Below are positions 10,546 to 21,564 of a stretch of DNA of 64,000 nucleotides, piece after piece (the first letter of the stretch is position 1; every line of letters begins with the position of its first letter). A model generated the notes under the pieces. The model did not search any database and had not been told where the DNA came from. It saw nothing but the letters and a program-made list of their open reading frames with translations. Both the position numbers and the translations under genes were made by a program. Origin of the DNA: an uncultured delta proteobacterium (GTDB lineage: Bacteria; Desulfobacterota; Binatia; UBA9968); NCBI GenBank assembly GCA_963771465.1, contig CAVYTU010000009.1, forward strand, positions 128,001 to 192,000. The letters are read 5' to 3'.

Positions 10546-10989
10546 TCATGCCTTAGCGCCTCCGGCCTTGGCGATCTTGCTCTCTTGGCTTGCGCTCAGA
10601 TGGTCTTGAGTTTTCTCCAGCGCTTCGCGAATTTCGTTTTCGTCGATGATCCGGTATCGGCGATACATGCTCGCGGTCATATGCCCTGTAATCTTCATGG
10701 CGACCACTTCCGATACTCCGGAGCGGCTCAAGTTTCTGGCTGCGCACCGGCGTAGGTCGTGAATGATCAAACCGACGTATTTTTTGCGCTGGCGTTTTTT
10801 CTTGGCGTCGCCTTCTGTCTGCTCTTTCTTCACGAACACGCCAAGGCCCGCAGCGACACACGCGGTTTGCCACGCCTTGCGAAAGTCGCCGATCTTCTTG
10901 CCGTCTAGCCATTTGAGTAGCGCGAAGAAAAGTATCGGATCGATCCGGTTGGTAGGCGTGGTGATCGGCGAGAGTTGATCGATGGTCAC
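10546..10989 (-). pseudogene. Tyrosine integrase C-terminal fragment
   Basis: HDLRR...ITGH...YRRY motifs; N-terminal and first catalytic Arg regions absent. Confidence 0.85.
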
Positions 10990-11262
10990 GTCGTGGCCTT
11001 TGCTTTGAGCCAGCGAGCAATGGTCGATTTTTCAAAGCGTCGAGCCTTCCTTGAAATCTTGATCGACGGCAGCGAAATAGTTACCACGCGCGGAGCGTAC
11101 GAATCACTTTTGTGCGCCAGTATTTTCTTGGCGCACTAAGACAAGATGAACGATCTCGCCTCACAGTTCCGCTAGAATAAGGCCGAGATTGATAACCTGC
11201 GATGGCAACTTGGTGTCGTGCGACGACCGATTCGACAACCACGACGACAGTCGCCTATCTCA

Positions 11263-11484
11263 TCACTTTTCCTTATGAAACATTGCCATCATTAGTGATC
11301 CAATACCTCCAAAAAAGACAAGTACACCAAAGCCAGGATCATTGTGAGCCACCAAACAAATGCCTCCCGTAACAAAAACGCCACCAAAAAAGGCATAAAG
11401 TATCGTTACAAATAATCGCATATTCATGGTCGGGATGTTGATCTGCATAGCTCTTATTAGATGGAAAATATTTAGGACTGTCAA
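11263..11484 (-). CDS. Small two-TM hypothetical protein
   Basis: Two hydrophobic stretches in an AT-rich ORF. Confidence 0.4.
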   Translation of the reverse strand: MTVLNIFHLIRAMQINIPTMNMRLFVTILYAFFGGVFVTGGICLVAHNDPGFGVLVFFGGIGSLMMAMFHKEK

Positions 11485-11603
11485 TGCGAAGTCATCCGGA
11501 GTTGTTAAACTTATAAAGTTGCGCTTATGAAAACTTGTTTGATATGTAGAAGCTGTCGTTTAATAAATCGATACCAGCGCATCGAATACTAGCGGTCATA
11601 ACG

Positions 11604-11903
11604 GTGGCTACCAATGGTGAGAATCTGGTTGCTCAAATCTGGAGAGGTGATGGAAAGCTCGCTGCCGAGAAACCGCTAGAATTTTGTTACGCGAGTTTAG
11701 GTCTCCGATTGCGACACCGACTTGACCACCAACCTCTGGTAATCGGCACCAAAGAAGACCCGCAGACCGCGCCGTCCCTTGGCTTGCGTTTCGCTGTGGT
11801 CGAAGTCACCGAGGATGATCCCGATCAACAAGGATGGCAAATCGGATACTACTTGTTGGACAAGGACGCGACAGAAGTTCGAAAACTTTTAGGAATTGAC
11901 TAA
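11604..11903 (+). CDS. Hypothetical protein
   Basis: 99-aa ORF, protein-like composition, no recognised motif. Confidence 0.5.
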   Translation: MATNGENLVAQIWRGDGKLAAEKPLEFCYASLGLRLRHRLDHQPLVIGTKEDPQTAPSLGLRFAVVEVTEDDPDQQGWQIGYYLLDKDATEVRKLLGID

Positions 11904-12037
11904 AGGTTACGGTTTCAGTGTTTACAAGACGGTTCAGGTCCACCGATTAGTTCGATCTTTGTTTGCTACCGTGACTTCGGCCCGACTTTTACTTGTTTGA
12001 GACGAATCAGTAGACCGAGTAACGCGTTCACGGGTGA

Positions 12038-12466
12038 TTAGACCGGGAGCAGACCTTCATGATCTGGCGCATCAAGCTTTGCTTGCCGCCTCTTGCGGCG
12101 CTGAACGCGCCAACGAGACGCGAATGCACCGCTGGCGACGGTATCGTAATGTACCGGCTGGTCCCGGCACGGTCGCATCAAAGCAGCGACGTTATCGAGC
12201 TGAGCCGGATTGTACTCGAAAAGATAGACGCCATTGTCGAGCGTTAAGCGCTTCAGGCTTACGCGAGCCAGCGCTTGCACGATGTCAAAAAGCTCGTCGT
12301 CGTCAGTACCGGCGCTAACGATAGCAACCAACGACCCATCGTCTATGCTGATCAGACCTTGTTGACAGACCACATCGCCGTCCGGCTTGCGGTCCCTGCG
12401 AGTATACGGACAGTACACGAATCGGTTCGTCTCGCACCAACTTTTCAGATGAAAACTCATGGTCAA
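12038..12466 (-). CDS. Hypothetical protein (mobile-element cargo)
   Basis: 142-aa ORF with an AAGGAAG RBS upstream. Confidence 0.5.
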   Translation of the reverse strand: MTMSFHLKSWCETNRFVYCPYTRRDRKPDGDVVCQQGLISIDDGSLVAIVSAGTDDDELFDIVQALARVSLKRLTLDNGVYLFEYNPAQLDNVAALMRPCRDQPVHYDTVASGAFASRWRVQRRKRRQAKLDAPDHEGLLPV

Positions 12467-13771
12467 TCTTCCTTTGTGGCTATGGCCTTATTTCGTAACG
12501 TTTGCGCCGGTTAATGGTAATGTGTCAGTTGCTCAGTTTTTGCCCAATTTCGTAACACGCGACTTCAATGAATTCGCGGCCTTGCAACATTCCTTGGCGA
12601 GCGCTTTCGACAGTCCGTGACTTGCTCTCTGATTTGCGTTTCCGGTAGGCTCTTTGCCGGTCGGCCTCGGTCTCATACATCGCCGTCGTCCCTCGTTTTG
12701 GCTCGTGCAATCTCAACATGCCCAAGACGATGCCCAGCGCTTCCAACCGCCGCGTCTCAGCCACAATAATCTCAACGTCCCCGCGACTCATCGTGATCCA
12801 TCTCTCTCTTGCCACCGCTTGCGCCAATCGCGACGAAATATTTTCGGAATTGTCTAATATTGGACAGAAACCGTAACGCATACTGCAATTATCTGGGAGC
12901 AGATGAGACTTGAAATCCGACGAGTTCCGGAGGGCCGAATTTTTGTCTGCGGGAACTCGCGAGACCGGAGAGCATATATGAATACAAGCACACTGCTGGC
13001 GCTGTTTTTTGTTTGCTTGTCCCTGATCTCGTTGCTTTCGGTGAAGCCGAATTGGGACACCTCTGAGTTGCAATTGGGCCACAATCCACCGAGGATTTCC
13101 GAGGTAGTCCTCCGCAGTAAGATGGGACGGTAGAGTATGCAAGACGCTGATCCCATCAGGCATGGGCTTATGCAACGTTGGAAGGTGAGAGAATGGCAAC
13201 CGTTGGAGGTTTTGATACTCATCGTGCTGGCGTTTGTCTTCTATTTACTCTCTGCGATTATGTTGGAGCGAGTGGGATAAGAAACATTTCGACGCGATCG
13301 CTGTACCCAAGGAAAAAAGGGTTGGCCAGGGGGACAATTCTTCCTGATTTCATAATAGCATCCCAACGGCTCACCCCGCCGGTTCTTTATATCAGAGGAA
13401 TGCCTATCGCCCGAGAACCGCCATCCGAAAAAATCCAGTATTCCAGTGAAATTGACGCTACCCGATTGAGCTTTCTGCTTCCGCGCAATCGCACTACCTT
13501 CTCAGGTTTTCGGAGGTCGCAAATCAGCGAGTGCCTGATAGTCACCGAGCGCCATCCAGGTTAGCCTCGCGAGAGTACACATGCCGTGGCAAGAGACGTT
13601 CCGTTTATCGCTATCAAGCGCCAATTGAAGTGCTGGCTTTAAATAATCCGAGCCTATGATTTATGCGCGACGACCACATGGCGAGTTAAGATTTAGTGAA
13701 GTGTCCATAGTGAACTGGCTTATGGATTTCACAAGCGTTACGCTCTTGCTGGTTATTTTGTCTCTGTAGGA

Positions 13772-14170
13772 ATGATTTCATATGGGTTCTCAAGAAGTGA
13801 TTGCAGTAGGCGGAGAGCAATTGTGAAGGTTCTGATAGAAATACCGCTAGAGCATTATCAGCTCTTCATCGCTGCGTGCGATACAACTTCTCGGGAGTAC
13901 ACTATCCTTAAAAATGCTATTATTCTCCTCTCTTCGGGAACTAACCCTAATCAACGTATCGTTCAATTCATGTGCGACGAAGACGAAGCTCATAAGCTCC
14001 TCCGCATCGCCGGACTGGTATGCCACGAAGTAACCGGTCCGATCAGCGCCGCGATTGATGTGCATGCACCAAGTCTAGTTCAAACTGCACCAGCGAGCGA
14101 AGATTCGCCGGCCAGGCGACCACGGAGGATTGGGAACGCCCTGCATCAGTTTCGGTCGGTCCGCCTATAG
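13772..14170 (+). CDS. Hypothetical protein
   Basis: ORF; likely GTG start near 13823 after GGAGAG. Confidence 0.45.
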   Translation: MISYGFSRSDCSRRRAIVKVLIEIPLEHYQLFIAACDTTSREYTILKNAIILLSSGTNPNQRIVQFMCDEDEAHKLLRIAGLVCHEVTGPISAAIDVHAPSLVQTAPASEDSPARRPRRIGNALHQFRSVRL

Positions 14171-14273
14171 TCGTTGGGGGGCGACGCCCCGGTTTCTACG
14201 TGACCGGGTGGCGCCAGCGACACTATTGACGAACTGATTGCGGCGTACCTATGGTCCTCTCTCCTTCAATTTT

Positions 14274-14513
14274 TTAACGTTCAACTCTCTCAAGCAACGC
14301 TTGCCACGTCTTGTCTTTGCCAATCGGTAGCAGCAACACAGCCGCTCTACGGATGATTGATGCTTTATTCCGACATTCGTCCGAGCAGTAGCGGCGCGGC
14401 TCAATCTTCAAGCCGGTCTGTGGAAAGCGAACCGAACATAACGGACTGTCGCAAACGATATCGGCGTCCTTCAAGAGTGACGTTTCTACAGCGTGTGAGC
14501 TTGCTAAAATCAA
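14274..14513 (-). CDS. Small zinc-finger-like protein
   Basis: CDSPLC...RRYCSDECR pattern common in phage/satellite genes. Confidence 0.45.
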   Translation of the reverse strand: MILASSHAVETSLLKDADIVCDSPLCSVRFPQTGLKIEPRRYCSDECRNKASIIRRAAVLLLPIGKDKTWQALLERVER

Positions 14514-14540
14514 CGATCTGCTCCAACCATGATGTTACCC

Positions 14541-14989
14541 CTAACAGAGCGCGGGGTTTCGTTTCCTCGTTTCTTCCGCCAGTCGCGTCGCAAGATCGAC
14601 CGGCGTCGGCCTGCTCAGCTCCAACGCTTCAACGCGGCGCGAGAACCTGGCGTCGATGGTATCGTACTGTGAATGGATTCCTGGCAGCTCTCGGCGTCTA
14701 CGATTGACGACCGTGAGCCGCTGGTTGCAATCGGCGATCAAAAAACTTTGCAAATGCAGGAGCCGGAAAAGATCGAAGCAGGCCAGCTTGATCTCGACCT
14801 TGACGGCATATGCACAGCTCCGCCCTTGGCTCTTAACGGATTATCGCGCCAGGCTAAGGCTTCGCGGCCTTCGGCAGTACGTCCGTCAATTCCGGCCAAA
14901 CCTCGCGCTCGCAAGCGTCCAGACCGCGTGTGATCGCCGTGCTTCTGGTACTCGCGACGGCTCTTTGGCTCTAGTGGTGCGTCGCTCAT
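14541..14989 (-). pseudogene. Frameshifted phage/satellite-type hypothetical (possibly small-terminase-like)
   Basis: KHG...IDGRTAEGREALAWRD N-part continues in another frame as ORF 14541-14753. Confidence 0.4.
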
Positions 14990-15355
14990 GCTAGTTCGCG
15001 AACCCGGACAATTGACGGACATACCGAAAATTCACTTTACGGCAAAGGACTTAGATAGGAACATCCGCTTTGTAGTCAGACGGACATTCGGCGTCTTTGG
15101 CGATAACGACTGTGGGCGCGGGTCGCTCACTCGTTTTTGACTTGCATTCGGCAGTTCGTCGTTTAGCATAGCGTACGTTTTAGCGAGGCATGGTTGCACT
15201 GACTTCTTGCCGGTCGGACTTTGTTTACGCGCAAATAGAAATATCAACGTGAAAAAAGAAAACGGCACCGACGTAGAAAAGATAACAAGCAAATAACGCA
15301 GCTAAACACGGTAGCAACCCGCCATAGAATATTTTCTCTATCGTGGACAGCCTTC

Positions 15356-15795
15356 GTGGCCTTTGCGGTAATTTTTGGCGTGATCCAGGGCGGTGCCGCG
15401 TTTGCACCGAAAGTTTCCGTCGCCCCATTATTGGCATTAGATCCGCTTGATCCATTCTCAACACCTTTTGTTCTTTCAAACGATGGCGTCCTATCCATCC
15501 ACTCCGTCGAGTACGCGTGTGTTATCAATCACGTAACACCGAAAGGGATAACACATACAAAAACGGCTTAATCAGCGGATGGTTTAGCGCAAGGAAACGC
15601 TTATATCCCTCTGAAAAGGACACCCTTCGATGTCCCTTTCCTTTCAAGTTCCCGCGACGGACGATGACCAGTGGCGATATCTCCTTGAGAATATCTCTTC
15701 GGCCTAGTTTCTTTATTTGGAAACGAGAGTGGTTATTTCGTTTCGTCACCATCAAAACAGCAACGAACCAATACTGTGGGTTCCGAAAAGTTTAG
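15356..15795 (+). pseudogene. Frameshifted membrane-anchored hypothetical protein
   Basis: Overlapping ORFs 15356-15571 and 15517-15795 read as one protein across a shift near 15560. Confidence 0.35.
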
Positions 15796-15983
15796 AATAA
15801 ATGCTTAATGCTACGGTCAATTCACGCTTTAAGAACCCATGCGGCGACATGGTGAAAATCGTCCGTCTTTTGTCCGTGAACTGCGCCGAAACCGCTTTGT
15901 CGGTGGTTGCTTGGCGGAGAGAGATAGCTTGAAAAGACTACGTAGTTAGTAAGGTGTGGTTCTTACTTTCCCGACTGCCGACA

Positions 15984-16028
15984 CTTTTAAGCAGAGGGTC
16001 GCCGGTTCGAATCCGGCACGGCTCACCA
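15984..16028 (+). repeat. att repeat: 3' 45 bp of tRNA-Lys
   Basis: Identical to 10412-10456. Confidence 0.95.
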
Positions 16029-16113
16029 CTTTCCCCCGTTTTGCAGTCAGACGTAAATTCCCCGCTTTCATGCTTGCAGCGATGATGCCTGCCGCGCTAT
16101 CGATATAGGTCAA

Positions 16114-16653
16114 ATGAAAACGTTTAGGGAAAACATCGTCAGGGTAGGTGCGGTAATGCTGGGGTTGCCGCTCGCTTATGCTGGGTGCTCTACCCGTCAA
16201 GAGCCTGTGCCGCAGTCTGGGCCACGCTTTGTGACGATGCGCACGAAGTTCGATTATTCGGAACATGAGTCCTACGCGAAAGCCGGCGATAATGGCATAC
16301 GCGGCCAAGCGTTTATCCGGCAGGAAAGAGATAGTCTCGCGACGTGTGCAGGGAACCGCGTTTTGTTGCTGCCGGCGACATCTTACTTTCGTGAAATGTT
16401 CTGGCACATGATCATCGCTGGCAGCGAACCTAACCCTCCGAAGACGCCCCATCCCAGTCTGAAAGGCATGATCAGGCGGACTGAGTGCGACGCAAAAGGC
16501 AATTTCTCGTTTGCGGAAATTCCGGACGGTACGTGGTTTGTATTGACCCAAGTAAATGCCAAACAGGACCGGGTATTGATAACGGAGATGACCCTGGCGA
16601 ATGGCGAGACGGCTCAAGTGCTACTCACTGATAAACACATCGTTCGTCGCTGA
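16114..16653 (+). CDS. Putative lipoprotein with carboxypeptidase-regulatory-like beta domain
   Basis: Lipobox-like AYAGC; CDAKGNFSFAEIPDGTWFV motif. Confidence 0.7.
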   Translation: MKTFRENIVRVGAVMLGLPLAYAGCSTRQEPVPQSGPRFVTMRTKFDYSEHESYAKAGDNGIRGQAFIRQERDSLATCAGNRVLLLPATSYFREMFWHMIIAGSEPNPPKTPHPSLKGMIRRTECDAKGNFSFAEIPDGTWFVLTQVNAKQDRVLITEMTLANGETAQVLLTDKHIVRR

Positions 16654-16771
16654 CTTTCGCTGTCTGTGTTTTGTCCGTGAACTGTCGCCGAAAGGGCTTC
16701 TCGGTGAGAGAAGCCTTGAAAAACCCACGTGGTTTAGTAAGGTGTGGTTCTTAATTTCCCTCTTGCCTACA

Positions 16772-16816
16772 CTTTTAAGCAGAGGGTCGCCGGTTCAAAT
16801 CCGGCACGGCTCACCA
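16772..16816 (+). repeat. att repeat: 3' 45 bp of tRNA-Lys (1 mismatch)
   Basis: TTCAAAT instead of TTCGAAT; lies 4 bp before tRNA-Glu, so probably the original tRNA-Lys 3' end. Confidence 0.93.
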
Positions 16817-16820
16817 ATAC

Positions 16821-16898
16821 GTCCCCGTCGTCTAGCTCGGCCCAGGACACCGGCCTTTCACGCCGATAACACGGGTTCAAATCCCGTCGGGGACGCCA
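16821..16898 (+). tRNA. tRNA-Glu (anticodon UUC)
   Basis: GTCCCCG acceptor stem, CT-TTC-AC anticodon loop, GGTTCAAATCC T arm, CCA. Confidence 0.96.
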
Positions 16899-17948
16899 AA
16901 TTTTTCCAGTAGTTAGAATTTGATCTAGAAAAGGTTCCGGCAAAGGTTCCGGTTTTCTGCTCTCTGGCGGATTGTTTCGGTTGTTCGACATAAGCTCTGA
17001 GCAGAGCGTCACCGTCGTCACGGATATACTTCCCGTAGTGTTCTTGAATCATGGCAATACTGGTTCCGGTCTGTTCCGCAATCCACTTTTGATTACAGCC
17101 TAACGTCAAGGCGATACTGATAAACGTGTGAGGTGTGCTGTAGAACGGTCGCGAACGAATCTTGAGAACGCGCAGCACGGGTTGAAAGCTGCAACGATTA
17201 AATTCCGATTGGTCTATGGGTTTGCCTTGTCCGTCTGTAAAAACGTAGCCGTTGGGCTCTACGCGCAGCGGGAGAATGGTTTTTAAAAGCTCTACGACGT
17301 TAGGCAGCAATGACACCGTTCGGCGACTTGCCCTAGTCTTGGTCGCGTTCCCGTCCAGAATCGGAAATAGACGAACGCATAAGCCGACGGCGGACGGTTA
17401 GCGCGATAGTAGGCTAGAATCGCGTCGCGTTCCTGCTCTGTATACGGATCGGGCTCTCTTTGTGGCAATCGCGGCCACCAATTAGCCGGCAGATCGTTGA
17501 AGGGGTTTCGGTCCAGACGTCGACCCGCGTCCCGAACCATCGCTCTTAAGGAACCGTCAATGATGTTCCGCGCAGTCTTTAGGGCTAAGCGCCGCTCATC
17601 GATCAAATGAATACGAAAACTCTCTAGCGTGTCCACGTCCAAGGTTTTTAATTCCTTGTCGCCCATGAATGGTAAAATATTCTTATTGAAGTTTTGCTGA
17701 TAGTCCCGTTGCAGACTTAACCTGACAAAGGGTGGTTTCTTTTTCTGAATCCACTCTTCGTAAAAGGCCCGAACGGTTTGCGGCTTGAGCTCAACAGGCT
17801 TGGTCTCAACGGGCTTGAACTCGTCCGCGCGGTTTCCGTTCGGGAACCATCGCAAATATTCAAACCGCCCCCCTTCGCCGCGAGTACTCAAGAACCGATG
17901 CCAAGGGTCGTATCTCGCTTCTGAAGACCATTTACGATACGTCATCAA
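16858..17948 (-). pseudogene. Tyrosine integrase with internal deletion/frameshift
   Basis: N-part ends at FWTGTRP; C-part has FYSTPHT (R replaced by P), QTGTS and EHYG; break near 17320-17340. Confidence 0.85.
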
Positions 17949-18076
17949 ACGCCCAGCTTCCTTTTGAAATTGCGAGCCTCGCGGTAAACGACGAACACGT
18001 AGAGGTCCGAGAATGGATCGCGTTAAACGGTAGATGGCTTGACTATAGCGAACGCCGTGACGAAAGCATCACCGAT

Positions 18077-19099
18077 GTGATTACTCCCTCGCAAAGAAAT
18101 CTGGAAGAGCAACTAAGACATGATACCGAACCGTTCGTTGGGGCACGACTCCGAGAAAATCCCACCGTCCACTTTGGTTGTCACTCACAACAATTTCAGA
18201 CCGCAACCCACATGGAGCGGCTCGCCACGATGTGTAATCCCCAGCTTTGGATTACGGACGCTTGCAGGTTGCTCGAAAAACTCTTCGACTACGAAAACAA
18301 CGAACTCGCGATCTCGCTTGAACAGCGCAAAGAACTGATCGCCGCCTTTCTCACCAACCACAAGCTAATCGCCCAACTGAAAGAGTGGACTGAGGGTACT
18401 GAGAGAAGAACTTTTACGTCAATTCTCTGGGACCTAGCGTCAAAATGGCCAAGGTCTCCTGAGTCGGAAGTAAGGCGAACCGTCAGACCGATCTTGATGC
18501 CTCACCATGTGTATGTTTATTTGCCGGCCGACGACGAAACCAAGGCGAGAGTATATCGGAAAGAGGATAATGCCCTTTGCAGGCAGTGGATTATTGAAGA
18601 TTATAGCCCAGAAGACGTTCAAACGATCGAACTCGGCAAGAAGGACAAAGACAAGTCTTGCCGTGAGCAAGCTCGACGTGTTTCTCAGAAACCAATAATG
18701 TCGGACGAAGATTATGACGAAAAGGAGAAGCAAGAATGGGCGGCAAAGGCAAAGTACCGCCAAGAGTTGATGACATTCTATACCCGCCTTGCGATAGCCC
18801 TAATCGTCGTCAAACTTTATTTCCCAGAATGGTCTAATGTCGCTTTGGGTGTCAGCATTGGATTGTCTGGAATCTTAATTCTTATATCTGTTTTTGAGCA
18901 TGTCGTCCGTAGATTTCAAAGAAAAAGAGAATGGACACAAAGCGCCATCGCGCAAGTGTATCTCGACGATAGTCTAGAAAAAGCTCGCGATTTATTGGAA
19001 AAGGGTCTGTCTCCACTCGTAATTTCGAAAGAAACAGGGCTTTCTCTAAAAATCCTTAAACGCGAGGGGGTAATAATTGACGAGTTTAAAAACCCATAA
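18077..19099 (+). CDS. Hypothetical protein with two C-proximal TM helices
   Basis: 340-aa ORF with a hydrophobic pair followed by a short HTH-like tail. Confidence 0.65.
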   Translation: MITPSQRNLEEQLRHDTEPFVGARLRENPTVHFGCHSQQFQTATHMERLATMCNPQLWITDACRLLEKLFDYENNELAISLEQRKELIAAFLTNHKLIAQLKEWTEGTERRTFTSILWDLASKWPRSPESEVRRTVRPILMPHHVYVYLPADDETKARVYRKEDNALCRQWIIEDYSPEDVQTIELGKKDKDKSCREQARRVSQKPIMSDEDYDEKEKQEWAAKAKYRQELMTFYTRLAIALIVVKLYFPEWSNVALGVSIGLSGILILISVFEHVVRRFQRKREWTQSAIAQVYLDDSLEKARDLLEKGLSPLVISKETGLSLKILKREGVIIDEFKNP

Positions 19100-19601
19100 A
19101 CGGACCGGCTTTTAATAATTGTTGCGATGAAACGCTGTAGGCACATTGATTAGGTGGATCGTCAGAGCAACGCGTGAGAGTGCGGAAATTGAGACCGCAA
19201 TAGCAGTGCCCGTTCGATTTTTTACCCCCTTCGTTATCGGCGGCGCCACTTTCCTTTTTATTAACGGTCAAAGAGCGTCAAGACGCTAACCCGCACCTCA
19301 CAACAATCGTGCGCGAAACGACCAGTGGTTAGCCGGCGCCCTTCCGTTACTCTCCACTCTCCGAGCTTCGCTTCGCTCCACTTCAGGGCCACGGCCGTTT
19401 ATTGATCTCCTACCCGCCCGCACGCGGAAGACTGTCTGCGCTTCTCTTCGACAGACATCCGCGCACCCGTTCGCCCACATGGACTCCCGGTGAGTCGACC
19501 GGCGTATCGGAGTTCGCCGCGAAGCTGAAACGAGAATTCTGTGACCTTTGTGAATTGCGTTATGAGTTTCTTCCTAGACGTGGGTGAGCGAATTTCTACC
19601 T

Positions 19602-19994
19602 TTAGGCAGCCAGCAAATGGGTCCGCAGGACATCACGTAGCAGCGGCAACTGAAACGGTCTGTACAAAATCTCTGCGGCGCCGGCATTAAGCGCACGATT
19701 GGCACGCTCTTCAACGTTGCAGTCCGTGGTCCAACCGCTAATTAAGACCAACGGGATATTGCGGGTAGACGTATTCCTCTTTAATTGGACTGTAACTTCA
19801 TCTCCATTTAGTCCGGGCAAACGTATATCCATCATGATCAGATCAGGATGGATGCTGAAAGCCTTGTCGAAGCCCTCTGGACCCGTGGTCGCTTCAAAAA
19901 CTTCATGGCCCAAACCAGTGAAAAATTCTCGAAGCGATTCTCTAAACTTTTCGTTGCTATCGACGATCAATATTTTCCTAGCCGTGTTCCGCAT
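19602..19994 (-). CDS. Single-domain response regulator
   Basis: KILIVDS...PDLIMMDIRLPGLNG; ATG at 19994; conserved Lys appears as Arg (YRP). Confidence 0.8.
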   Translation of the reverse strand: MRNTARKILIVDSNEKFRESLREFFTGLGHEVFEATTGPEGFDKAFSIHPDLIMMDIRLPGLNGDEVTVQLKRNTSTRNIPLVLISGWTTDCNVEERANRALNAGAAEILYRPFQLPLLRDVLRTHLLAA

Positions 19995-20323
19995 GGACGA
20001 CGGTATGAGCACAAGGCATGCCACGGCCTGCAAATGTCCGTGTTTGGGTATTTTATCGCCGTTAGCGTCTATGCAGAGATGTTTGCCGCTGCAAGGTGCT
20101 TGGAGAATGACTGTCACTTTGCCACAATTCGCCTGCCCCGCAACTAAGCGGTGGCTAGCGAAGTGAGTCAGGTCCCAACCTGGGACGAAGTACACCCTAA
20201 AGTTAAAAATTGTGGTGGGGATGATTCATAGTCCTGATCGAGATAAGCTGGCCCAGCTTCCAATCCTGGACTAGCAAGAACAAGAATAGGTAGGAAACCG
20301 AAGTGAAACCTAACCGGCACGGC

Positions 20324-21450
20324 TCAGTCGACGGTGAGATACGCGTCTCGATGCCCCTCCTGGCGCACCAACGACTGGCGCACTGCATCCGCCTCTTCTC
20401 GCGCGTTGAAATGTCCGACCCGCACTCGATAATAAGTTTGTCCCTTGACTTCGGCCTGGACCACATAGCCGTCGTAACCGTTAGCGTTTAATTTCTGCAC
20501 CAAAGTATCGGCAACATCTTTCGCCGGCGCCGCGGAAATCTGCACCGACCAATTTTTGCTCAATCTCCCGCCTTCCGCCGGGTGAGCGATGGGAGCTGTG
20601 TTCACTTGCACAGCTGCTCGCTCCGCGCCTGGACTTTTTGCGGCCAACGGTATCATGGTATTCGGGGTTGGGGCCGAGGCATGAACGTCCGGCTTTGCTG
20701 GTGCTGGTTCAGTCTTTTGTTTCGCGAGCTCGCTAGGCGTGTCGATCGAAGGCATATTCTGCGGTCTCAAGCCAATCTTCTCAGTCGAGGTCGGGTTCGC
20801 GCCATGGCCCGGTTGTGAATCGCATAATCCGCGGGCAGACCTAGAAAGAGGATGACCGCGGCGCTTGCGACTAAGATTGCCGTCAACGCGACAGCCAGCG
20901 TTCGTTTTAATTGGAAACGCCGGCGAACTTTCGGGCGCTCTTCACGCTCGTGCGCATGGAATTCCTGATGATCGGCTAACTTCCAATCACCCTGGTCCGT
21001 TTCGCTTAGCATCGATCCGTTTGACAGCGACCAGGCTTCGCTCAACGTCGCTCCAGTTTGCAGCACCGGGCGAAACCTTGTGATTAGCTCATCCGCTTTA
21101 GTCTTGCGTAATTCGGCCGCGCAAGGTTCAAAAGTAAAGCCCGTCGGCTTTAAGTGTTGAGATTGAAAATCGGTTTCATTTTCATGGCGTAGCAGCGCCT
21201 CCCGGATATTCGCCGACTCGCCGATGAAAATTTGGCAATCGAAGCCGAAGAGCCCATATACGCCGGATGTTGGCGGGGCGAAGCGTAGGATTGTCTCCCT
21301 AGTGAAACTGGTGCAACAACCGTCCGGTTGCCACGACAAGTTCCAGCTCATCGATTCTTTGTCAATCTCAGTAATAGCCGGCTTCAAGATCGGCACCCCA
21401 AACAATTTCATGGATCGCTCCGTATTCTGTTCAAAAGCGGAATAGATCAA
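20324..21450 (-). pseudogene. GIY-YIG-like - TM - SPOR domain protein, split by a 1-nt frameshift (~20806)
   Basis: SGVYGL...IFIGESANIR N-domain, TM AVALTAILVASAAVILFLG, C-terminal WSVQISA...YYRVRVGHF SPOR. Confidence 0.65.
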
Positions 21451-21564
21451 TACAAATGCGAATAGTTTAAGTGATTACGGCGGGTCTGTCACGACATAAT
21501 CAATCTATAACCCGGCACGTCATTCCAGGCGCAGGCCAGGGAGATTTTTAACGACCGTTGTGAG

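Larger units (their letters stand above)
10457..16028. mobile_element. Decayed integrative element 1 in tRNA-Lys
   Basis: Bounded by the tRNA 3' end (10412-10456) and an identical 45-bp copy (15984-16028); integrase fragment at the tRNA end; TGTCCGTG arm-like repeats at both ends. Confidence 0.85.
16029..16816. mobile_element. 788-bp mini-element 2 between tRNA-Lys att repeats
   Basis: Flanked by tRNA-Lys 3' copies; right arm homologous to that of element 1; single cargo gene. Confidence 0.75.

Noticed and set aside
15960-16028. Second and third tRNA-Lys genes (also 16750-16816)
   Set aside because: Only the 3' 45 bp are present; upstream bases cannot form the acceptor or D arm.
10412-16816. 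CRISPR-like array from three 45-bp repeats
   Set aside because: The repeats are tRNA ends separated by 5.5 kb and 0.7 kb, and there are no cas genes.
19284-19334. Integron attC-like GCTAAC...GTTAGC
   Set aside because: About 50 bp with little internal symmetry, no cassette array and no intI.
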